From Phoronis australis (lineage: Eukaryota; Animalia; Phoronida): DNA of 64,000 bases. Of this stretch, positions 1-11,377 are shown one piece after another (positions within the stretch are counted from its first letter, which is position 1; every line of letters starts with the position of its first letter). The notes beneath the pieces were generated by a model, which had not been told where the DNA came from, made no database searches, and was given only the letters and a program-made list of their open reading frames with translations. The stretch lies in NCBI GenBank assembly GCA_002633005.1, contig NMRA01000058.1, forward strand, positions 287,585-351,584, in the 5' to 3' direction. A program made the position numbers and the translations under genes.

Positions 1-935
1 GTTAAGATATGTTGATGACACGTTCACGATCCATGTCACATTAACAGCTTAGATGAAAACATGCTTTTCACCATGGAACCTGAGGTCAATTATCATTCCT
101 AGACTTATGTGTGATTGTGAAATATGGTAGCTCCAAGATTACAGAATACTGTAAATCCACCCACGCAGACCAATATTTGAACTTCCAAGTATAACCACCC
201 TGTCCAACATAGTCGGTTAAGAGAACGCTACTGAACCATGTAGGAAGATACGTCACTGAAGATAAGGAAAGGAAGAGTGAACTTCAGCACATCTGCCGTG
301 CTTTGAATGCTAACGGCTATGAGTCATGGGCATTGAAACTTCCTTGCACACATAGCCCCACCAGTACTAGTGATGACAGACCTAGGATAACTTCTAGGAT
401 CCCATACGTTCATGGTTTGTCAGAAGAGCTATGCTACATCCTCAGATGCATGAGGTCAACTCTTACTTTAATTCCATTAAAGTAAACACTTTGCTGAGTC
501 AGCTAGTTAAACCTAAGGACGTCACCACACTTGAGAAGCAGTCATGTGTTGTTTATCAGATCCACCATCCTCACGTATACATCGGTTAAACCAAACGTGC
601 TCTCGGCACCTGCTTTGCAGAACACCAAAAATCAACAAACTTACTGCTGTTGGTGACCACTTAGTTTCATCTGGTCACGCCATCAATATGGACAATGCAA
701 ACATTTTGTCCAAAGAGGAGCATTGGATTTCCCGTAAGATTAAAGAGACCGTTTACAATAAGCAGTGCAACCCCCAACACTTAACTGTGACCAGGGATTG
801 CAACCTATTTACGATCATTCAGGTGTTACTTCCGGTTTCACAAAGGCGAGAACAGAACAGTCATGTGATCAAGGGTTTGAGCTGCAGGCTTGAAACATCA
901 TGCTCAACTAACTAAACCTCTAATTTTCTTATTTT
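1..935 (+). mobile_element. Penelope-like retroelement (PLE) 3' fragment: degenerate RT, GIY-YIG endonuclease and 3' end
   Basis: Frame from position 2 reads LRYVDDTFTI (RT YxDD). Later frames give KSTHADQYLNF, IPYVHGLSEEL, VVYQI and AVGDHLVSSGHAINMDNANILSKEEHWISRKIKE, typical of PLE RT-GIY-YIG ORFs. Many frameshifts and stops. Confidence 0.85.
862..902 (+). ncRNA. Minimal type I hammerhead ribozyme-like motif (G3:C8 core variant) at the PLE 3' end
   Basis: CAT-GTGATCA-A-GGGTTTG-agctg-CAGGCTT-GAAA-CA-TC-ATG: stem I CAT/ATG, core GUGAUCA, wobble-rich 7-bp stem II, GAAA, UC site. Located where PLEs carry hammerheads. Confidence 0.6.
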
Positions 936-2801
936 TTTACCATCATGCCGTGAATAATACGCTTACACAAAAGTCACGCATTTCTAAAGATATGCGTGAC
1001 TTTTCACCGCTCGTCCTCCTGAGTGGCTTTTACCAGGATCAAAGAGAGAGCGGCGCCAGAGTCAGACTCAGTTGCGATGAACACATTGTCGGGTGCAAGC
1101 TAGACCCAATTAAGTGTAACTACCGGACCCTAAACTGTAGTAAACATCTCTGCCTGTACATAATGGCGAATTTTTAACATGCATTAACCAACAATTTTCG
1201 TTATAAACAAATACAACAGCTGTATTCAGATAGAAAAAACAACCAAGTTTGGTTTTCGATTCTTAAAAATCGATCAACTATTAAGCTAAAAACTGCAAAC
1301 ATGGGTACGATTGAAGATAAACGATTGTGCGTATTGATATACTCAGCGATTTACAAACGCTGATCAGAGTTAGCAAGGTTAGGTCGATTATTCTTTTAAT
1401 ATACAACTAAGCTACATTGAAACATCTGTAAACAATGCACAGTGACTAAATTAGATGTCAATAACTTTTAAAACATCGCTTATGGCCCATAGGATGCTGA
1501 TCTAATATACTCCAGGAGTAGTACGCTAACCGGAGAACTGCTATTCGCGGAAATGCGCCATATTGAGACAGTTAGCTTGTAGTTGTTATGGAACACCTGT
1601 GAAGACAACTAAGATGGCTAGCTTTGTAGTCAACGAGAGAGGGCAAGCAGTGGATGAGGTTGGTCAGTGGGCAAGAGCTGTGATATATTTTTATGACTAA
1701 GGAAAAGCTAGAATAGTTATGTAGTTAGGCCCTACTGCAATCAAAATTATCCAGAGGTTCCAAATCTTCAGTTTGCCTATCACCATTTGCATTTTTGTAT
1801 ATATTTTATAATTGGAGTTCTAATAACGATTGAACTTGAACTAACTGCACGCGTACTTTTGTTTGCTGTGACATGTTTGGGGTAGCTGTAATCTGGAAAA
1901 TTCAGGGATGGGTTCACAATTAACTGACTTCCAAGTTGTTTTGATACTTTGTTTAAACACAAAATAAAAAGATAGCAATCCTAACTGGTAAGAAAAAACA
2001 AGTAGACAGGGTTATTAAAATAAAGTAATGAAAAAGGTATGAAACATTTAAAACCAGCGTTCTTTTGGGAAGTGGCCCTTTGTTAAGATCAACGCACATT
2101 TATTTTTTTTGTCTTTTTGTAATATTTAAAATTATTGTATCAAGTTAAAACTGCTCTCCACATTACAGGCTTTTACTCTGTGCAAATGTCAGGGAAAAAC
2201 AATTTGGGTCTAATAAGGACCACCATTGTTAAGAAAATAGTGCTAGCTATTACCTTTTCACTTCATTAGCCGAGATTTAGATCAATACAAAAGGCCTGAT
2301 GAATAGGAATCATAAAAGTTGTCTGGGGCTTGGGGAATCAGAGTAGTAACCAGTGTAAGTGAGAAATTCTCCTCATGATCATCACTGGAGACGACAACAA
2401 CAAACACATTTAACTGAATGGTAACATTATTTGTTGGTATTATAAAAAATACAAAAGAGGGATTGATGTCACACTATAGAAATATTTGCGTAGTAGATTG
2501 AATTCATGAATTATTACCCTCTACTCTTGGTCACTTGAAATTTTTATTTCCGCCCTATCTTCAGGTTCGCAGGTACACTAGTCTATGACTTGCGCTGGGG
2601 TGAGCTACTGTTGCTAGAACAAGTATTAACCCTACCTTCATAAGGTGGGCGTAAGTTGTACGTTTTTCAAGTTGCCGCCAGTGCAAGTGGTGTCCACACT
2701 ACCACTAATTCTAGTCACAACTCACTCTAGGAGTAACTTGATCTAGGGTAACTCGTAGTGTGGGCGGCACTAACTACTCAGTGGGAGTTACCTGGGGTGC
2801 A

Positions 2802-2814
2802 CCAGTAGGGGGCA
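2802..2814 (+). promoter_or_regulatory. CTCF consensus motif (isolated)
   Basis: CCAGTAGGGGGCA matches the CCASYAGRKGGCR core. Motif match only. Confidence 0.35.
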
Positions 2815-3187
2815 GAACCAGCTTCTGGTGTCATGGGTCTTGAGATCCTTTTAAAACTAACCAAATCTCTATTGATATTTGGTCAGGTGTCCTTTATTTT
2901 GTACCCCAAAAAATTGTTTCTTAAAGATGTCGCTCATATCTCAGAAGACATTGGTCTTTTTAAATCACGAATTAACGATGTTGGATATTATAGGAATGTG
3001 GCCACATGAAAAGTGTCTTTTAAAAAAGTCCTATAAGTTACAGAAAAATGCCTGCGACAGATTTCAATGTCCTTATTATACTCTATTCAGCACGACATCT
3101 TTTTGCTGGCTTGGCATTGGTATGATTTTACACAGTAAAGCGTACTTATGCTTATGAGACTGATCATGCTGATTTTCTCCTTTTCAG

Positions 3188-3285
3188 GAGGCACTTGCTG
3201 CCAATGGGTTGACAGGTGACAGTGAGATTAAAATGGATGGGTATCTGTTCAAGAGGACCAGCAAGGGATTCAAGTCCTGGGTTAG
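3188..3285 (+). CDS. ACAP: ACAP/centaurin-beta exon, start of PH domain
   Basis: ttttcag|...|gtaagt; EALAANGLTGDSEIKMDGYLFKRTSKGFKSWV(R), matching the ACAP PH start (MEGYLFKR...FKTW). Ends phase 2. Confidence 0.93.
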
Positions 3286-3561
3286 GTAAGTGATTGCTTG
3301 TTTATTTATTAACCTCCTCATATTGCTAGTGGTGATTTCAGCTGGAACTTTACTTGCCAAATGCGACTTCATATTTTAGTTGCTCAACACACTAAATACG
3401 ACCACGTTTCAAAATATTCCATTGCTTGTTATGTTTTCTGAGAAAATAATTGACAGACGAACCAGTAGTACATTTCTCACATCAAGGTACGGTTCTTTGG
3501 TTCCAAAAGGAATCTTCGCTCAATATTTTCATCTCTTGACTGGAACCCAGTGATATACATG

Positions 3562-5035
3562 CTGTAATTGCCCTAATAAGCACCCATGGCTCTACAAGAG
3601 CCCCCCACACGTTTTCAGACTTTGCTAAAATAAGCGCCCAGTCCGTGAATGCCTTGTACATGCAAAAAATGTCTTACCTACAGTTCTAAAATTCTACAGT
3701 AAGGTCTTCAATTTATAAATAAGATCAGACAGTCCTCAAAAAATTATTGTGCATGGAATTTGTAGACCATGAGCCTCACTGCTATGTCGGTATTTAGCTG
3801 TGACTATTCACTTCAAACTTCCGCTGTGCTTCAAAAAGAACACAAAAGTTTTGCTGATCTTGCAAGGGACGTGTCCTATTATGGTCTGGCCTTTCAGAAC
3901 AGCCGCAGCGTACTTGTAAAAGGGATTGAATTGTATCTTTCCTGTACAGATCTCCGTCAACAAGAATCCATATTTCTTTGAATACGTGAAAACCGCAAAT
4001 CAAAGACTAATAAAATGTGACCTTTATCAAAAGCACGTGGCCAGGAACCACACGCTGCATACACATACCTGTCATCACAGATTAGTCTTCGAGAACTCTC
4101 TTTTCATGAAATATATAGCTGCATAACATCAGCAAGAAACAAATACTGGCACTTATTTCCGAAAGTTTCTAATACCGTAAAAACATTTGCGTTATTTTTA
4201 GGAGGAATTATTAAATTAGTCGTAATTGGTGTTTTTAAAGTCAAAATGACCCACTGATAGCGGAACACTTCCGCACCCTTATACCCCCGAATCTCCCGAA
4301 AAATAACTGCTAGACTGTCGCGCATCCAGTCACCTGACGACTCAATGACATCAGCCTTACCAAGACAATTCTCGAACGTTTTTTAGCAGATGAGATCAAC
4401 AAGTGCTAAATAAAACACGTTCTGCTTTACTGCATGTCTTAATTTCCATAGTCACAATGCACACCTAGATTGTTACAACCCGTTTACTCTGGCAAATGAA
4501 GTCTGATGACACGCACGCACTTGCTCACTCACACAATACACAGACGAACTTCAAAACAAACATCACGTGAAAAAAACGTGTGTTCGTCCAGAGGTTTTTC
4601 TTGTGTCAGGGGAATACGATCTAGCACAGATTTGGACTTAATATGCAGTTAATTCCGACTCAACAGGAACTTAAAAATGTTAGTGACGCTATTATGAAAA
4701 CTTAAAGACTTCAGGTAATTTGTTGAGTCAAAACTATATTTTTACTCAACTCAAGTTGACCTATCGGCAATCGCGAGACAACGATGCATCAGTCAGCAGG
4801 TTCTTGCACTGGGATTTTCTGAAAAATGCTCGTAACTTAACATCAAAGTTTGCTAGCAATGCACTGCGCTTTTGTAGAAACTCTGTCATAGGTTAGACAT
4901 TTGATGAATTCCAGCCTACGATTTCACCTGTTTCGGAGATTGAGTTTCAACCACTTTTGGGCTATAAATAAAGCGTTCCCTCTTCCTGAAGCGAATTTTT
5001 CTAAGCGACCTGGGGGCTTATTAGGGCGAATACAG
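3562..5035. mobile_element. Non-autonomous Tc1/mariner-pogo-type MITE (~1.45 kb), family A copy 1
   Basis: Ends ctgtaattgccctaataag...cttattagggcgaatacag|ta. Colinear throughout with 47044-48455. Confidence 0.8.
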
Positions 5036-5542
5036 TAGTCTCAAATTTGGATATGTTAGTGAGTAAAAATGTTCATGACCTTTGCAATGAGTAAAGTCAT
5101 CATGGCTGCCAGCATGAAATCCCACTGAGCGTTGCTGTTTTGAGTTGTATTTTTTAACTTCGTTGAGGGATCTCGATTTTTGTTTGGGTGATACGCAGAC
5201 AGAAAACAATCATTAAGGTTTTGTGAGCATTTTACAAATATGTTTTTAAGGAACAAGAATTCTAATTGGGCATTTTTTTACCAAAAGTCTCTCAATTATA
5301 GCCTGCTATGGTCTGTTTGAAGTTGATTATCAAGCACTGCAATTAAGTCTATATTGAATAAGAGAACATATATAATCAAGAAATTCACTCAGGAGAAAAT
5401 CTGCTCGAAAATGGGAGTGACGGCATATTTGCACTAGCGCTTGTGTACCCAGACTTGGCGTCATAAAAGATAACGACCAAAAAAAATGTCGGAACTCTGT
5501 GTTTGAATTTGGGGACCATATTTTTATGGTTGGGGATGAAGC

Positions 5543-6160
5543 TTAATGTGTCCACATATAAATAGGTGGGCGCATTATGCTGTCATCTCCATCTGTCTGT
5601 CCGGCACCCATCTGGCGTCCACTGGTCTTTCTCCAAAACCCTTTCAAATATGTTCTTGAAATTTTGCACGTGTTTCTTTCATGAATGGGACGACATGAGC
5701 GAACTTTCGGACAGATCTGACTACCGGTGTGCCCCTAGTGGCAATTTTTTAAGTTTTTTTTATGTTTAACTCTATGTCTTGAAAGGTCCTCAATGGATTT
5801 TCATAAAATTTAGCATAAAGGCTTCTATTAGTGAGACGAAGCTATCCTCCTGTTTCTAATGGATTTGATGTATTTTGCGCCACCTTAGTGGCCATTTTTA
5901 CAGTTTTCTAGTCGGTTTGTTGGCGTCATCCCCTCTGTCAACCAAACCGCTCTTAGAATGATTATGAAAATTGGCATGTATGTTCTTGCTATGAACAGGA
6001 CAGCTGACAATGATTTTATGACGACTTCGACTACTATGGCACCGCCTAGCGGCAGTTTTGTTTTTTCCCCATGGCTGTATTTCCTAGACACTCAGTAGGA
6101 TTTTTACTAAAGTTTGCAATGTATTTATATGAAGTTCACAAAGTTGCAAGGGAACTGTAC
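5543..6160 (+). mobile_element. Helentron-like non-autonomous element (HINE) with internal satellite, copy 1 (3'-truncated)
   Basis: 5' hairpin aatgtgtccacat..gtgggcgcatt, gtcc/gtct microsatellite, then three satellite subunits homologous to 58371-59879. Confidence 0.75.
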
Positions 6161-6932
6161 AAACACATTAAGGAGGTTTGCACTAAGTTTTATTTGGTTT
6201 GGATGTTCAATGATATTGATGGCATTTGAATGGAAGGTCAGTCCTAGAATTTTAGCTTGTATCGTTTTTTGTATGTTCTCCTATTTCAAATTGGCTGTTC
6301 CGTCGAATACACTGAGAGAGTGCCACTTCACTTTCCGCGTCAGCAACTAGCATTAGGGTTTTGTTTACTTCAATTTCAAAGATTGAGTGTCCATGTATGA
6401 GCAGTTAGCGCTGGATGGAATATATCACGACTTTCACCAAGCGGGGGATTCCGTGTGAGGTTATACCGACATCACAGAACTTGAAGGTATTCCCCCAACA
6501 TTTGCCAATTGTCATTGACAGCATAGTCTCTGATGTTGAGTTATTTCTGAATATTTATCCTACTACAACAATGAATTGTAGGTTTTAATCAAATTTATTC
6601 GTCATAAATGTTAAAATTCTTTGTTTATCTGTCATTTTTGCCGAGATTGCCTTGAAACAGGCCGTCTTTTTTGTCTAGGCCGTGTCGTCCAAGCCATCAT
6701 TTTTTATAATGGCTGTCCCAAAGATGGCTTGGACGGCCGCTAGATGAGTCCCTGGAAGTGTGTGTATACATAAAAGCCGATGCTGTTTTGGTAGTGTCGA
6801 TGTGGACATGAAGCGTTTTAATGAATTCAATAAATTTGATTCTGAACTTCAAAGTAAATTGGAAAATGTGTTATTGTAAGTCGGGAGTTTTGTTGTACAA
6901 AAATACTCACTAGAATTCCTTTTTTGCTTCAG

Positions 6933-7085
6933 GCGTTGGTTTATGATCCAAAAAAACCAGCTGGTCTATCGTAAACGGACCAAGGATACAGTGACGATTA
7001 TGGAGGATGACCTCAGACTGTGTACTGTGAAACCCATATACGAGATTGATCGGCGTTTTTGTTTCGAAGTCGTTTCCCCTGGCAG
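6933..7085 (+). CDS. ACAP: ACAP exon, PH domain core
   Basis: ttgcttcag|...|gtaaga; RWFMIQKNQLVYRKRTKDTVTIMEDDLRLCTVKPIYEIDRRFCFEVVSPG. Phase 2-2, 153 nt. Confidence 0.96.
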
Positions 7086-7889
7086 GTAAGAAGAAGAAAG
7101 TGAATATTGTCTGAACTCTGTAAACAGTTTCTGAAGACCCTGTCTCAGAATGTTGAAACCTGTCTTAACATGTTGATAAAACAGATTAGTGTCTTCTGGA
7201 AATAGACAACTTTGTAACACTGTCCATGAGGAACTCACTGTCACTAGTCAGTTGCCATTCGTTTCTTTGTTTTTAAAATCGTAGGATTGTACAGATCCTG
7301 CCTTGATGTGACTAGGCCCTTAGTAGATACCTTTAATCATACTTAGTGTATGTAGAAATTAGCAAAATGCTACTCAAGTCACACGGTGGTTGTAAACTGA
7401 TTGCCAAATGATGAAACAATTATGGGCCTCTGCTGATGTGCATGTTTACTCGAGTGCTGTGCACATCGAAAATTCCTAACAGCTTTTTTGAGGTAACTAG
7501 AGAAGTTTTCATTTAAAAAAGGTTCAAATAAAATTGACCGAGGGGTTATTTTGCTATGAATGTACATTTCTTAAAAATGAAATTTTGACTTAAAAATGGT
7601 GTTAACATAATAATAATAATGTTAAATAAATGCAAAACATATTTCTCCTTATCTTTTTTCAGAGAATACATACTTTTACTAGTTGTCAAAGTTTTTTGAT
7701 ATACGAGTTAGAAAGGAGGCCACTAAATCAAATAAGGTTTGAGATAACCTTAAGATGTACTTAGCTAACTGGCTGACAGTAATGAACTGATGATTTGTTA
7801 TCAACATTTGGGTACCAAGTTTGTCAGCTGTGCCAACTAGAAAGAGGCTTTTTAACCCTGAAAAGTACAGTAATTAATTTAAAAAATAT

Positions 7890-8127
7890 TTACAGGCGAC
7901 GGGTTTGGTACTTGTCATGCCAGACCTGCGCAGGTTGCTCAGTCGGCCCATTGCAGTGATCATCCGGAACCATATTTAGTGCTTTATTAATATGTAGTTA
8001 AACCAAGAGGAGGAACTAGAGACCTGACTAAAGGGTATAGTAGTGTGCCTCGGTGGTACTTGAACCTATGACCTTGAGTAAAGAAAGTGTCCAATTATTA
8101 TCCCAAATGGGTCACACTATCCTCCTT
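7890..8127 (-). mobile_element. tRNA-derived SINE, degenerate
   Basis: Minus strand has an A-box-like gtgtgacccatttggg and a B-box-like ggttcaagtacc followed by a ~150 nt body. No intact cloverleaf. Confidence 0.45.
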
Positions 8128-8957
8128 AATTTAACTTAGTTCTAAAAATTGTTTGTTAATATTGGAGAATTAAGTCATTCATTCTTGGATTTCTTTGATT
8201 TTTCGTACCCCAGGAACAAAATGTTTGAGGCAGAACTCACATTCAGTGAAGTAAATCTGTTTATGTGCAGACAATAATGAGACCCATTGGGAGTGTCTTC
8301 AAGAGTTCCCACCATGTCTCTGTGTCGCAGTAAGAATTTTATTATTGCATCTTAAAAGATTTAGTAGCCTTTAGTACACCTGTTGCTAAGAAACAAGCCA
8401 AATATTTTTTTGAAAATAGTTTTCTGTTATCGGAGTTGTGCGTAATGTGTGGAAGACAGTCTCCACCGTTGTTGTTTTTACCAATGCGACACTGAGGAGT
8501 TATGGGAAAGTCCACGGAGAGCAACCTTTTTCAGGGGTACTTTTGTGGAGGCTGGAAAAACAGCAACAGAACCTGTCTATGTTCAAATTTCCTATAGTAA
8601 ATACATGAAAATTCCACAGAAATGGCTTCGGTTTGTGTGCTGCACGAGAGAGTGGAATGTCAGTGTGGAACATGCGATTCAGTTGGGAGCCAGTCACTCT
8701 GTTCAGCACATTTCAAAGAATTGTATTTCGACTGAACACAAAAGCGACATTGTGATGAAGGACTCGCCATCTTGTAAATGTATTTGCAAATTTTATAAAT
8801 AATGAGCAAACTGCTTCCATTCTAGGATGAGTGATGCTAGGCTCTCGACCCTGGCCCAGATTGAGTGCTATGACACATAGGCTTATGCACTGTGTTTAGT
8901 GCTCATTACATCATGGCAATAGTGTATATGAGTGACCCAGGCCTTTGTCAGTGATTA

Positions 8958-9260
8958 TTAAGTGTCTATTTTGTGAATATTGACCACCCATTGGTCCCGT
9001 TGGTTGTGGCTCACATAAGTCTGCACTTCTGGTGCATGTCGGTAAAGTTCATATGGCCTCAGAGCCGACGAAAGTTTGCTTGCTAAGTCAGGGAAACCGA
9101 ATTCAATGTCTGATTCTTCAGTGTGATGCTTGTATCCACTCTCCTCTCTCTCTCTCTCCATAATAGTTGTTCAGTTCTTGCTTGAAATCAACTCGTCTTC
9201 TGTTCTGCAATTGATTGTCAAGTGACCAAACATCTTACACCCATTGCATCATTTGGGGGA
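8958..9260 (-). mobile_element. Retroelement gag/ORF1 remnant with CCHC zinc knuckle
   Basis: Minus strand reads PK*CNGCKMFGHLTINCRTEDELIS (C-X2-C-X4-H-X4-C), followed by acidic low-complexity sequence. Confidence 0.55.
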
Positions 9261-9289
9261 AACTTATTTTGGCATAAAAGGTGCTTATT

Positions 9290-9918
9290 CATGCTATAAA
9301 CATTCCCACTAAATAAGATTGGTCCAAACCCCGCCTGTCAGGGTAAACTGTGGGGTTTGGAAAATTGAACAAGACCATATTTATCCACCTTGGCTGAGTC
9401 GTCCTCGGCTCACGATCAAAGGGATGCCACCAAGCTGCTCTATTCATCGAGCCAGGAGCGAGGATAATTGGCTTCGCTCATGCGGATATGATCAGCTGAT
9501 TACAATCTAGCCTAGCAGACTGTACTTTTTATGGAGAGAGATTTACGTAGTTTTTACTGTAATATTTGAGAAGAGGAGCGAAAACAAATATGAGTACAAC
9601 TTTGAATTTTTCAAATCGGCCCAGGATAAGAGATTTTGCAACACAGCAACACTCACAATTACTTTCATTCCTTACAAAAATATAGGACCCAAGTTATTTA
9701 TATTTTGGAACACACAAAAATATAGGACCCAAGTTATTTATATTTTGGAACACATGCATTGCAATATTCAAGATATGTTTATTAAGAATCTTACAAGCTG
9801 TAACGACGTTGTTTAATTTCATTGTGCTCATTCATTGTCATCCGTCAAATCGGAAATTTCCGAGATGTGATCTGCGGCGTGCGTGTATGTGTACAAAACA
9901 CGTGATTGTTATGTTCCT
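9290..9918. repeat. Interspersed ~600 bp repeat, family B copy 1 (with internal ~36 bp tandem duplication)
   Basis: Highly similar, same orientation, to 14717-15312. Duplicated caaaaatataggacccaagttatttatattttggaacac at ~9675-9752. Confidence 0.85.
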
Positions 9919-10269
9919 GAAGTACGAAAATTAAGAAACTTAAGCATGCCGTTATTATTGACAGGGACACGATAAAACGAATTTGGATTTTTACTATAGT
10001 CTTGATACAGCGAGCTGGCTGACCACTGCGTCAGTGTCTCCGTTAGACCCAGAAATTTCATTCAGCCCGGGTAGTTCACCTCGTCACCTCGTCCCCAACA
10101 TGGTAGATCGAGCCTTGGACTATTAAAACTCCACGGTAGAGCTAACGACCGTCGGCCTGTGCACACAAAATCTGTGAGTTAACCAGCACTCACCTTGCAC
10201 GTTGCAGCCGTTTAAGTGAAAAACAATCTAGTAAACGCCATTTTCTTGCATAATCCTTCGCCTTTTGTA

Positions 10270-10825
10270 ACAAAAAAGTCTGTCGTCGATGACCCGCACA
10301 CGCACGCTCACTCACTCTCATAAGCAGACGAACTTCAAAACAAACGTCACGTGACAACAACATGTGTTTTCATCCAGATATTTTTGTCGTGTTGTGGGGT
10401 ACGATGTAGCGCAGATTTGGACTTAATCGCAATTAATCTGGGCTGCACATGAACTTTAAAAATTGTAAAACATAGGCTAAGGAAGATTTCAAGTAATTTG
10501 TTGAGTCGATACTATATTTTAATTCAAGAATTCAAGTTTTCCTATTGATGACTGCGATTCAGAGACGCATCAGTCGGCAAGTTTTCGCCCTGTGATGAGC
10601 AGAATTTTTTGAAAAATTAACGTAATTTAGCAACGGAATTTGATAGCAATGCACCACAATTTTGTAGAAAGACTGTCACAGGCTACAAATACGTCAGAGA
10701 GCGTAAATTTGATGAATCTTAGCTTCCGATTTTACCTGTTAGGAAACCGGGTTTCAACTGCCGTAGGCTACAATACCCTTCCCCGTGAAATGAATTTTTC
10801 TAAGCGTTTGTTAGAGCCAATACAG
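10270..10825. mobile_element. MITE family A, partial copy (right half)
   Basis: gcagacgaacttcaaaacaaacgtcacgtgacaac... to ...gccaatacag|ta is homologous to the right halves of 3562-5035 and 47044-48455. Confidence 0.75.
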
Positions 10826-11265
10826 TATGCAGCTTTCCACCAAGGCTAGGTGATGCTAGGACATTATTCTTTGTAGCATTAGTTTACTGGTCTTGGCTAA
10901 TTATCATTTTATGGCCTGGTCATCCATTCAGCCAAAAGTAGTTCCAGAGGTGGCTTATCAGCCAATTATTCACGCATGCTGACTAACAATAGATGCCTGA
11001 TAAGAGTGAAGGTGGATAAATGTGGTGTTCCTACAGTTTCTTGTGGTAGTGGATGTGTTCACCATGTGTTTGGTTAGATTTTATGGTATTCATTTCATTC
11101 TAGCTAACTGGAACCTCAAATACTAAGAAAATGCATGGTGGGAACTCCTTAAGTTTTCTTTCTGGGTCATATTTCTTTTGTGGCATAAAGGTAAATGCCT
11201 TGCCAGTCTGATGGTCTTATAATTGTCAGTGACTGCTTATTAACACAGTCATGTTGCATTTTCAG

Positions 11266-11377
11266 AAGTCACACGCTTCAAGCTGATTCAGAAGAGGAAT
11301 GCCAAACTTGGATCAGTGCAATACAGACTGGAGTCAGTGAAGCCTACCGCGATCGGTCACACACTGAAACCAGCGAG
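11266..11377 (+). CDS. ACAP: ACAP exon, PH domain C-terminal helix
   Basis: attttcag|...|gtgagt; (R)SHTLQADSEEECQTWISAIQTGVSEAYRDRSHTETSE (LQADSE...WI motif). Phase 2-0. Confidence 0.95.

Noticed and set aside
7890-8127. tRNA gene
   Set aside because: Only degenerate A/B boxes, no cloverleaf; better explained as a SINE.
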